A program made the translations under genes and the position numbers. Below, piece by piece: positions 10,271 through 18,717 of a stretch of 64,000 nucleotides of DNA; position 1 is the first letter of the stretch, and every line of letters starts with the position of its first letter. Below the pieces are notes generated by a model. The model had not been told where the DNA came from. It did no database searches and saw only the letters and a program-made list of their open reading frames with translations. This DNA comes from an uncultured Gammaproteobacteria bacterium (GTDB lineage: Bacteria; Pseudomonadota; Gammaproteobacteria; JACCXJ01): assembly GCA_963764725.1 (NCBI GenBank), contig CAVXTM010000009.1:96001-160000 (forward strand), in the 5' to 3' direction.

Positions 10271-10750
10271 CGGCAGCCGGAGCTCGACCGGCCGCTCGAT
10301 CATGGCGTCGAGATCGAGATCCATGTTCCGGTGCTGATCCCCGGCGATTATGTACCCGATGTCCACACCCGTCTAATCATGTACAAACGGATCGCGAACG
10401 CTAGTGATCCTGAGGAGCTTGGCCGGCTGGAAGAAGAAATGATCGATCGTTTCGGCGCGCTGCCGCAGTCCGCCAAGGATCTGTTTCGGATCACGCGGCT
10501 CAAGCAGCGGGCGGCGCCTCTCGGGGTCCGCAAGATCGAACTCGGCGCGCATGGCGGGCGGGTGCTCTTCCATGCGCAGGCCGAGGTTGACCCGCTGGCC
10601 TTAGTGAAACTGGTGCAGACCCAACTTCATACCTACAAGCTCGAGCAAGGAGACAAGATCCGGATCACGGCCTCGCTGCCCGATGCCGATGCGCGCATCG
10701 GCGCGCTCGATCGTTTGTTCGATCAACTACAACAGCGGGCGGTGGCTTAG
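10268..10750 (+). pseudogene. mfd: 3' fragment (TRCF domain) of transcription-repair coupling factor
   Basis: GRQPELDRPLDHGVEIEIHVPVLIPGDYVPDVHTRLIMYKRIA..EMIDRFGALP is the Mfd C-terminal domain. The upstream bulk of mfd is absent. Confidence 0.88.
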
Positions 10751-10776
10751 TTTGTAGGCATTTCGCCGCAAGGATC

Positions 10777-11295
10777 ATGAAACGCGTCTATTGCTCGGAG
10801 GATCGACTACTCGTCGGCTTCCTCAAAGGTGTCCTCGATGGCCACCGCATCGACTGCCTAGTCAAGAATGAATATCTCATCGGCGGCATCGGGGAGCTGC
10901 CGCCGGGCGCCTGTTGGCCGGAGCTTTGGGTGATAGAAGAGCGTGATCTGCCGCAAGCCCGCACTCTCATCGATTCAGTGCTGAAAGGCGGATCCGGCAC
11001 GGAGCCATGGCGCTGTCCGGCGTGCGGCGAATGGATCGAACCACAGTTCGCGGAATGCTGGCAATGCGCTCAGTGTCAGGATGAGCTACCCTGCCACCTT
11101 CAAAACGCTGCATCGGCTTCGGCGCCCGGAATCCGCGCCGTTCCATATCCACCACCGCCGGGCGTTTCAATGACCAGGACATCGCCGGGCCGCATCATGG
11201 TTGCCGCGCAGCCGCCCAAGGATTCCACCGTACCGTCGGCCCGCTCCACCGAGTTGCGCCCGATCTTACCCGGCTCGCCGCCCGCAAGACCGTAG
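10777..11295 (+). CDS. DUF2007-like protein with RanBP2-type zinc finger
   Basis: [24 protein letters not shown], then [20 protein letters not shown]. The tail overlaps the convergent gene. Confidence 0.75.
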   Translation: MKRVYCSEDRLLVGFLKGVLDGHRIDCLVKNEYLIGGIGELPPGACWPELWVIEERDLPQARTLIDSVLKGGSGTEPWRCPACGEWIEPQFAECWQCAQCQDELPCHLQNAASASAPGIRAVPYPPPPGVSMTRTSPGRIMVAAQPPKDSTVPSARSTELRPILPGSPPARP

Positions 11296-14200
11296 GGCGG
11301 TATGCGCCGATGGCTCGATAGGATCGCCGCATGCGTCGTTTCCAGGAACCGCACCCGGCGCACCGCGCCGTCGCCGCCGCGGTATCGGCCCCGGCCGCCG
11401 CTGCCGTGGCGTATGTGAAAGCTCTCGATCAACACCGGGAAGCGCCACTCCAACACCTCGGGATCGGTCAAACGCGTGTTGGTCATGTGTGTCTGCACGC
11501 AGTCGGCGCCGTCGAAGCCCTCCCCGGCGCCCGAGCCACCGGCGATGGTCTCATAGTATTGATATTCCTCATTGCCGAAGGTGAGGTTGTTCATCGTGCC
11601 TTGCGCGGCGGCCATTACACCGAGCGCCCCATAAAGCGCGTCGGTGACATACTGCGAGGTCTCGACATTGCCCGCCACCACTGCCGCCGGGTAACGCGGG
11701 TTGAGCATCGAGCCCGCCGGGATAATGACCGTCAGGGGCTTGAGGCACCCGGCGTTGAGCGGGATGTCATCGTTGACAAGGGTCCGGAAAACGTAAATCA
11801 CCGCGGCCAGGGTCACGGCCGCTGGTGCGTTGAAGTTGTTCGCCTGCTGCGGCGAGGTGCCGCTAAAGTCGATCACCGCCGCGCGTGTGGTCCTGTCTAT
11901 GGTGATCTTGACGTTGATCGCCGCGCCATGGTCCATCTCGTAAGTGAACTCACCGTCACGAAGCACCTCGATCGCTCGCCGCACCGACTCCTCGGCGTTA
12001 TCTTGCACGTGTCGCATATAGGCCCGCACGGTTTTCAGACCAAAGTAAGCCACCATGCGGCGGAGCTCCTGCACGCCCTTTTCGTTGGCGGCGATCATGG
12101 CGCGCAGGTCGGCCAGATTTTGGCTCGGGTTGCGTGCGGGATAGAGGCTCGAGGTCAGGATCTTCAGTAACTCGTCCTCGCGCAAGCGGCCTTGCTCGAC
12201 GAGGAGGAAGTTATCGATCAATATACCCTCTTCCTCGATATGACGGCTCGCCGGAGGCATAGAGCCCGGCGTCATCCCGCCGATGTCGGCGTGATGCCCG
12301 CGCGAGCCGAGGTAGAACAAAATGCGCTCGCCCCCCTCCTCGAATACCGGTGTGATGACGGTCATGTCCGGGAGGTGCGTGCCACCGCGGTAAGGGGCGT
12401 TCAGCAGGTAGACGTCACCCGGATGCATCGTGTCGGCGTTCGCGCGCCGCACCGCTTGCACGCTCTCGCTCATCGACCCGAGGTGCACGGGCAGGTGAGG
12501 CGCATTGGCGATCAACTGCCCCTCGGCATCGAACAGTGCGCAAGAGAAGTCCAGGCGCTCCTTGATGTTGACCGAGTAAGCGGTGTTGGCGAGCGCTGCG
12601 CCCATCCGCTCGGCGATCGACATGAACAGGTTACTGAATATTTCCAGCATCACCGGATTGGCCTGGGCGCCAAGCGCGGTGCTTTTCGGGCGGGGGATCT
12701 TGCGCGTGAGTACAAGACAGTTCTGCGGCGTGACGGCGGCCTGCCAGCCCGGCTCGATCACGGTGGTGGCGTTGGCTTCGGCGATGATCGCGGGTCCCGC
12801 GATCCGATCGCTGGGCCGCAGCGTATCCCGATCATAGATAGGTGTGGGGTGCTGACAGCCGCCGCTCCACATGGTTACTATCTCGGCGGGTGCCGGAGAG
12901 GTGGCTGCTGCTACCTTCGCGGCAGGAGACGGCGGCACCGGGCGATCTTCGGAGTCTTCTCCCAAGCCCGTCACTTCGACGGAAACCACTTCAACGACGA
13001 GCGGGCGATCGGCCATCAAAAAACCGTAGCGTTGGCGGTATACCTGTTCGAACTGCTTGACCATGTGATTCGGCGCGGCAAAATTGACCGTCAACGCAGA
13101 GTCCGTTCCCTCGTAACGCAGATGCACGCGCTTAGCTACACGCCACCGCGGCCTCGCTTGACCGCTCAATTTCTTACGGCCCTCCACTGCTAGCTCCTCG
13201 AACACGGTACGCAGGCCGGGCATGACCGCCGGATCGAGCTTTGCTTCGATGGCGCGCTCGCGCATGACGCTCACCTCGGCGAGCCCCATGCCATAGGCGG
13301 AAAGCACACCGGCGTGAGCGTGAATGAAGATTTTATCCATCGCCAAAGCGTCGGCGACCAAACAGGCATGTTGACCGGCCGCCCCGCCGAAGCAGCAGAG
13401 ACAATAGGCGGTGACATCGTAACCGCGTTGCACCGAAATCTTCTTGATGGCATTGGCCATATTTCCTATCGCGACCTGGACGAAGCCCTCGGCCACTTCC
13501 AGCGGCGATCGGCTATCGCCGGTGGCGGCCGTGATCTCCGCCGCGAGATCCTCGAACTTTCCTCGCACGATCTCGGCATCGAGCGGCTGATCGCCGCACG
13601 CGCCAAATACGCGCGGAAAGAACCTCGGTTGCAGCTTGCCGAGCATCACGTTGCAGTCGGTGATGGTGAGCGGCCCGTCGGCTCGATAACAGGCCGGCCC
13701 GGGGTAAGCCCCAGCCGAGTCCGGGCCTACCCGATAGCGCATGCCATCGAAGTGAAGAATCGAGCCGCCGCCCGCCGCTACCGTATGGATGAACAGAATG
13801 GGGGCGCGGAACCGTACCCCGGCGACTTGCGTTTCGAAGGCGCGTTCGAGCTCGCCCGCGTAATGGGAGACGTCGGTGGAGGTGCCGCCCATATCGAAGC
13901 CGATCACCTTGTCGAATCCTGCGGCGAGCGCCGTCCTCACCGCCCCGACTACACCGCCTGCCGGGCCGGACAGGAGGCTGTCTTTGCCGCGGAACCGATA
14001 GGCCTCGGCCAGTCCGCCATTGGATTGCATGAACAGTAAACGCGAGCCATGAAGTTCCCGTTCCATGTTCTCGACGTAGCGGCAGAGGATCGGGGAGAGA
14101 TAGGCGTCCGCGACTGTGGTGTCGCCCCGGCTCACGAATTTCATCAGCGGGCTGACTTCATGCGATGCCGAGATCTGCGTGAAGCCGATCGCACGGGCTG

Positions 14201-14759
14201 CCTGCGCCACCTGCCGCTCGTGGGCCGAATAACGATAGCCGTGCATGAAAACGATCGCGACCGCGCGCAAGCCGCGGGCGAATGCGGCCCGCAACTCATT
14301 TTCAGCCCCTTCAAGGTCGAGCGGAACGAGCACCTCGCCGCGGGCGCCGACGCGCTCCCTTACCTCGATCACGTCTGTATAGAGCATCTCGGGCATGATG
14401 ATGTGCCGCGCAAAGATGTGGGGTCGGTTCTGGTAGCCGATGCGCAACGCATCGCGGAAACCCCTCGTCACCACCAACAGCGTCGGTTCGCCCTTGCGCT
14501 CGAGAAGGGCATTGGTCGCGACAGTCGTGCCCATCTTCACCGACTCGATCCACTCGCTCGGGATCGGTTCATCGGGACCGAGGCCTAAAAAATAACGAAT
14601 GCCGGCGAGCGCCGCGTCGGAATACCGGCCCGGATTTTCGGAGAGCAGCTTGTGGGTCAAAAGCCGCCCGTTCGGACTGCGGGCGACGATATCGGTAAAG
14701 GTACCGCCGCGGTCGATCCAGAACTGCCAGCGGGGTTTCGATTCGGACGGCTTCTCCAT
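11100..14759 (-). CDS. oplA: 5-oxoprolinase (ATP-hydrolysing), fused hydantoinase A/B
   Basis: [54 protein letters not shown] and TPGGGGYG motifs. Confidence 0.93.
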   Translation of the reverse strand: MEKPSESKPRWQFWIDRGGTFTDIVARSPNGRLLTHKLLSENPGRYSDAALAGIRYFLGLGPDEPIPSEWIESVKMGTTVATNALLERKGEPTLLVVTRGFRDALRIGYQNRPHIFARHIIMPEMLYTDVIEVRERVGARGEVLVPLDLEGAENELRAAFARGLRAVAIVFMHGYRYSAHERQVAQAARAIGFTQISASHEVSPLMKFVSRGDTTVADAYLSPILCRYVENMERELHGSRLLFMQSNGGLAEAYRFRGKDSLLSGPAGGVVGAVRTALAAGFDKVIGFDMGGTSTDVSHYAGELERAFETQVAGVRFRAPILFIHTVAAGGGSILHFDGMRYRVGPDSAGAYPGPACYRADGPLTITDCNVMLGKLQPRFFPRVFGACGDQPLDAEIVRGKFEDLAAEITAATGDSRSPLEVAEGFVQVAIGNMANAIKKISVQRGYDVTAYCLCCFGGAAGQHACLVADALAMDKIFIHAHAGVLSAYGMGLAEVSVMRERAIEAKLDPAVMPGLRTVFEELAVEGRKKLSGQARPRWRVAKRVHLRYEGTDSALTVNFAAPNHMVKQFEQVYRQRYGFLMADRPLVVEVVSVEVTGLGEDSEDRPVPPSPAAKVAAATSPAPAEIVTMWSGGCQHPTPIYDRDTLRPSDRIAGPAIIAEANATTVIEPGWQAAVTPQNCLVLTRKIPRPKSTALGAQANPVMLEIFSNLFMSIAERMGAALANTAYSVNIKERLDFSCALFDAEGQLIANAPHLPVHLGSMSESVQAVRRANADTMHPGDVYLLNAPYRGGTHLPDMTVITPVFEEGGERILFYLGSRGHHADIGGMTPGSMPPASRHIEEEGILIDNFLLVEQGRLREDELLKILTSSLYPARNPSQNLADLRAMIAANEKGVQELRRMVAYFGLKTVRAYMRHVQDNAEESVRRAIEVLRDGEFTYEMDHGAAINVKITIDRTTRAAVIDFSGTSPQQANNFNAPAAVTLAAVIYVFRTLVNDDIPLNAGCLKPLTVIIPAGSMLNPRYPAAVVAGNVETSQYVTDALYGALGVMAAAQGTMNNLTFGNEEYQYYETIAGGSGAGEGFDGADCVQTHMTNTRLTDPEVLEWRFPVLIESFHIRHGSGGRGRYRGGDGAVRRVRFLETTHAAILSSHRRIPPYGLAGGEPGKIGRNSVERADGTVESLGGCAATMMRPGDVLVIETPGGGGYGTARIPGAEADAAF

Positions 14760-14899
14760 CGCCGGGAAGATAGCACAAATGGCCGGTCGCGCCTCCCGCC
14801 AAGGTGCGAATCCCAAGCGTGCGCGAGGGAATCAACGTGTACTACGTGGCGGACACCCGAACGATGCGATACGACCGGCTGGCGTCGGTGGATGCACAT

Positions 14900-15360
14900 A
14901 CTGGTGGGATCTCTCGATCCTGCGTTATGTCCATTGGGCCAAGGGGCGCATGATCTCATCGCCGCGCTGGACGTGGGTCATGGTTGAAGCCTCCTTGCAA
15001 ACGGTGATGCGCCGTGGTCTCGACCGTTATCGTGCGTCCCATCGGCTGACCCCCCACCAGTGCCAGGTCTGCCATCATATCCTCGCCTGCCGCACCGAAG
15101 CCCTCGGCGGGCTCCGGCTGGATTGCGACCACCACGGGCAGCCGGCCTCAGTACTACGCCTGCCGCGACGCCACTGCCCACCTCAGGCCACCCACCCACC
15201 GCCTCCTACCCGCCAGTGACTTCCACAGGCTCTCTCCTAAGGAATACAATCGCCTTTAATATAAGGACAACTGATCCAAACCGACAAGCCCGGTGTCGTC
15301 GCGGTTTAGTCCAGCAGACATTTATCCGTCATGCTGGACAGCGCACGACGGATAAATGCA
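14900..15360 (+). mobile_element. Remnant IS91-type element: tail of an upstream gene (possibly a tyrosine recombinase), transposase N-terminus, and hairpin end
   Basis: ORF fragment from 14980 (MVEASLQTVMRRGLDRYRASHRLTPHQ..ILACRTEALGG..CD) matches the IS91 Zn-binding N-terminus. Downstream GCGGTTTAGTCCAGCA is followed by a 12-bp hairpin CATTTATCCGTC/GACGGATAAATG (15319-15358). Confidence 0.62.
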
Positions 15361-15395
15361 TATTTGTTAGCCGTCATAGCTGGAACGTTTCGGCC

Positions 15396-16235
15396 TTGAG
15401 CTCCCTCACTTACTGTTATGTTGACGAGAGCATTCACGATTCCGTGGGCGTCGTTGTTACCGCTTTCGTTTTTAGCAATTCCGCTTTCGCAATTGCTGTA
15501 ACTGAGGCCTTGCGGGACGCAGGCATCAACCCTCCGCACGACGAGTACAAAAGTAGTGCGCGGATGGACACCGACGAACGAATGCGAAGCGCGCGAGACA
15601 ATTTGATGTTTTTGGCCGGTTCCGAGTCAAAGATTGCTGTGTTTATCGGCCCCTTTTATCGACCACGATTGGGACGGCAATCACTGCAAGCACTGCAATC
15701 TGTGTTGGTGCGGAATGCGATCCCTCCCTCATCGTTGCGTGTTCATTTCGATCAGGGGATTTTTCCCTCGGCTTCAGAAGCTTCGCGCCTTCACAGGCTT
15801 TTTCATTCTCTGGCGGGTGCTGAGATCATGCCCGAGGAGGATTCACGCTCCTGTGTAGGAATCCAAGTCGCAGATGCAGTAGCTCATAGCTTCGGACAGA
15901 TCATCAAGGCCGCACTAACAGGTAATGAAAAAATGATCGATATAGGGGGACCAAATACTGGGTATTCCGGAGGGACTGAAGCGCCACTAGGCTGGTCACT
16001 ATTGATGAATCTGCGTTACGCGTTGCTAACCCGCCCCATCATTCATAACGGCGAACCGTATTTGGCAGAATGCGATCCAGTCGTACTAGACCCTGCTAAC
16101 GATGACCCAGTAGATTTTGGTCAGCATCCGACTCTATTGGGATGGGGAGTCCAGGTAGCTCCTGAAGCGGATGCATCGCTACGACAGGCGGTTGAACAAA
16201 AACTGGGGCGTATTTGGCTAGGGTGCATTCATTGA
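15396..16235 (+). CDS. DUF3800-like (RNase H-like fold) protein in a gene-cassette-like unit
   Basis: YVDES near the N-terminus, HFDQG, and IQVADAVAH motif. Probable TTG start at 15396. Confidence 0.7.
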   Translation: MSSLTYCYVDESIHDSVGVVVTAFVFSNSAFAIAVTEALRDAGINPPHDEYKSSARMDTDERMRSARDNLMFLAGSESKIAVFIGPFYRPRLGRQSLQALQSVLVRNAIPPSSLRVHFDQGIFPSASEASRLHRLFHSLAGAEIMPEEDSRSCVGIQVADAVAHSFGQIIKAALTGNEKMIDIGGPNTGYSGGTEAPLGWSLLMNLRYALLTRPIIHNGEPYLAECDPVVLDPANDDPVDFGQHPTLLGWGVQVAPEADASLRQAVEQKLGRIWLGCIH

Positions 16236-16270
16236 CGGCTAAGCACGTCATCGAGTTGACGGCCTACCCG
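16233..16270 (+). repeat. Partial attC-like site (inverse core) after the DUF3800 gene
   Basis: TGACGGCTAAG (16233-16243) is the reverse complement at 10/11 of GTTAGCCGTCA (15366-15376) upstream of the gene. Confidence 0.55.
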
Positions 16271-16297
16271 CAAACGCGCGTAAGGCAGAAAGCTCGC

Positions 16298-16327
16298 GTA
16301 GGGAGGAACGCCGAAGGTGGTTCCGCC
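16298..16327 (+). repeat. GTAG-type REP palindrome
   Basis: GTAG-GGAGGAACGCC-GAA-GGTGGTTCCGCC, immediately upstream of a RAYT gene. Confidence 0.7.
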
Positions 16328-16356
16328 GAATGAATAAGAGGTGATAATGTTTACCG

Positions 16357-16720
16357 ATGCCGGACTACCGCCGTTACCGTGTGCCGGGAGGTACGTACTT
16401 TTTCACCATCAATCTCTTAGAACGCCGCGCCGACTTGTTGGTGCGGCATATCGAGGCGTTGCGGGAAGCAGTGAAGCGTACGCGAGCCGAGCGATCATTC
16501 CATATCGACGCCTGGGTCGTGCTACCCGATCACATGCATTGGCGTGATTACCCTACCACCCGGCGACGATGGCTTTTCCAATCGCATTAGAGCAATCAAG
16601 ATTCGCTTTGTACAGGCGCTGGCGCCGACGGAGCGGCCTTCATCGGTACGAATGGCCAAGGGTGAACGTGGCCTGGCAACGGCGTTTTTGGGAGCATGCT
16701 ATTCGGGACGAGGGAAGATT
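16357..16720 (+). pseudogene. REP-associated tyrosine transposase (RAYT), frameshifted and truncated
   Basis: MPDYRR..GGTYFFT..AWVVLPDHMH / TLPPGDDGFSNR..IK / WQRRFWEHAIRDE lie in three frames. Confidence 0.88.
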
Positions 16721-17122
16721 ATGCGCGACATACGGTTACGTCTCAACATGGCTCGTCTTGAGTAATGCCCAATATGCTGGGCCTGACGTGCTCCGGTACC
16801 TGGCAGGCCGCCTGTCGGAGGCAATGGACGTGCAGGAGACGGTCAAGGCCTGATGTGGAATGCTTAGAAGCGGAGCACGTGCAGGTCGGTTGCTTCAATG
16901 GCCCGACCTTCGACCTTTCATCGTTGGTGAAGGCAGGTGCCATCGCTCGCGCTTGGGGTGGCGAGGGTGCGTTGGACGTTGCCGAGGGGAACGTGTTCCA
17001 GACGTAATGACGCTGGTAACGTGTCATGTCGGCGAAGAGCAACACCCCTGCGGGGTTCCGCGTGTCCTGGGCGGACGGCGGGGCGCTCGGCAGGTCCCCA
17101 AGCGCCGGCCAAAGACCTTGCT

Positions 17123-17707
17123 TCAAAGCCTGAGCAACCAGTAGGTTCGATCTGCAAATACGGTGTCATGCACGGGTAGCTCTTCGAAGCCGAGCTTGGC
17201 GAAAAGGGCTCGGATCGCTGTCGCGTTGGTAGCGGTGCGCGCGATTTGGTAGATGAATCCTTGACTCCGAAGCACAGGGATCAGCGCGGCGGCGAGTCCA
17301 TAGGCGATCTGTCGCCTCCGGGCTCCGGGGTCCACGCAGACCGTGTCCGCGTAGAATAGGCGCTTGCCCTCCTCGAAGAGATAATCGAGCGCCGGAGTGC
17401 CGGAGATCGCGCCGAGCGTGAGGTCCCGAGGGTCGTCGCTCTCTCGAAGGATCTCGTAGCCAAGAGTATAACCGACGATTGCGCCCGAGCCCTTAGTCTT
17501 AGCAATAAAGGCCAGGGCGTTACGCCGCATCAGATCGACGCCGAGGCCGAAGTGAAGGCGCGGCCTTTCGAGATCGTCACTCCAAGGGGGCTCGCGAAAA
17601 GACCGATAGGCTAGGGATGCTATCTGCTCGATCAGGATCCCGGAGGCATCTGCCCGCAAGTCCTCTACGCAGATCCGCTCGACCGCAATGTCGTGGCCAT
17701 CAGTCAT
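17123..17707 (-). CDS. GNAT family N-acetyltransferase
   Basis: VCVDPGARRRQIA (motif A) and TNATAIRALFAKLGF (motif B). Probable start MTDGHD at 17707. Confidence 0.75.
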   Translation of the reverse strand: MTDGHDIAVERICVEDLRADASGILIEQIASLAYRSFREPPWSDDLERPRLHFGLGVDLMRRNALAFIAKTKGSGAIVGYTLGYEILRESDDPRDLTLGAISGTPALDYLFEEGKRLFYADTVCVDPGARRRQIAYGLAAALIPVLRSQGFIYQIARTATNATAIRALFAKLGFEELPVHDTVFADRTYWLLRL

Positions 17708-17762
17708 TGGCTTAGGCGCCGCGGGGGTCGAGCGGCTGACAATGCAAAGGAATGATACCGCT

Positions 17763-18464
17763 TTATAGGGGATAATCGGCGTAGATGAGACTGCGCCACA
17801 TATGAGCGGCAGGGCTAGTATCGTAGCCGAGCCCTTCTTTCGGCTGTTTGAAATGCCGGCCAATGATGTCTGTAAATGGCTCGATTGACACCTTCGCAGT
17901 AGGATCAAAGCTGTAATCGTCGTGCAGTGTAATCAGGCGCGCTTCCGTATACCAAGGGTGATTCCGCGCATAGGTGTATGCCGCCTCGATGTAGGGCGGA
18001 GGGGCGTAGTTTTCCCCGAAGATACGGCGGTACATCTCGGGGTACTCGTATCCAACCGAAGGGTCCGGGTAGAAGCGGAGCGCTTGATGGTAGCGGATCG
18101 CCCAACTCACCTTCTCCGAGACGTAGGGCTCGACAAGTTGTGCGCTCCACCATCCGTGATTGACCATCATGAGGTTCATCCCGATGTCGTGCAGCAAACA
18201 CGCTAAAATCGTTTCTTCGGGGCATCCCTGCTTCATGGATCGGGTCGCGCTCTGCAGACAATGGTTGACTGTTCCCGAGGCAAACCGGAACGCGAAGAAG
18301 TCGGCCAAGCTTGGCGTTGCTGGCATGGGTTCGAGCGGTGTGAGCGGCCGCGACGGACACGAGGGAACAAGCGACTTTGCGACAAATAGACAGCCCGCTC
18401 CCTGCCGGTACGTATTCGGCAAGGGAGGTACCGCGTCCGCTGTGTGTTGGTTCCCGGTCGTCAT
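17763..18464 (-). CDS. HD-domain protein (PhnZ-like metal-dependent hydrolase/oxygenase)
   Basis: NHCLQSATR..ACLLHDIG..NHGWW..RYH..HDD pattern of metal ligands. Confidence 0.75.
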   Translation of the reverse strand: MTTGNQHTADAVPPLPNTYRQGAGCLFVAKSLVPSCPSRPLTPLEPMPATPSLADFFAFRFASGTVNHCLQSATRSMKQGCPEETILACLLHDIGMNLMMVNHGWWSAQLVEPYVSEKVSWAIRYHQALRFYPDPSVGYEYPEMYRRIFGENYAPPPYIEAAYTYARNHPWYTEARLITLHDDYSFDPTAKVSIEPFTDIIGRHFKQPKEGLGYDTSPAAHMWRSLIYADYPL

Positions 18465-18589
18465 AGGCTCAAATGTCCCGATAGAAAGCAGGCAGTAATA
18501 CCCAAACCAACCGCCGCGTTTTTAATACTTTAATCATAGCACCTTCGACCGTTGACCTAACGCGCGTAAGGCGGAAGCCCCTTGTGGGG

Positions 18590-18712
18590 TCCCAAAAGAG
18601 GCCCGTAAGCCAGTACTGCCGGTTGATATACTGCACGTAGCACCGTCCCAACGAAATCACAAGCGTGGGTACCGTCGCGGCGTTCCTGGGGGTGAGGAGC
18701 AGGTGGACATGG
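18590..18712 (-). pseudogene. Y1/HUH transposase internal fragment (IS200/RAYT-like)
   Basis: Minus strand reads HVHLLLTP..VISLGRCYVQYINRQY..TGLFWD. Confidence 0.65.
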
Positions 18713-18717
18713 TACGC

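Noticed and set aside
11331-14588. Series of long plus-strand ORFs
   Set aside because: Antisense to oplA, with no recognisable domains.
15060-15395. N-terminal 112 aa of the 391-aa ORF
   Set aside because: Reads through the IS91 remnant and hairpin. The recognisable domain starts near 15396.
16743-17126. Overlapping short ORFs between RAYT and GNAT
   Set aside because: No family recognised in any frame. Possibly a decayed gene, but unsupported.
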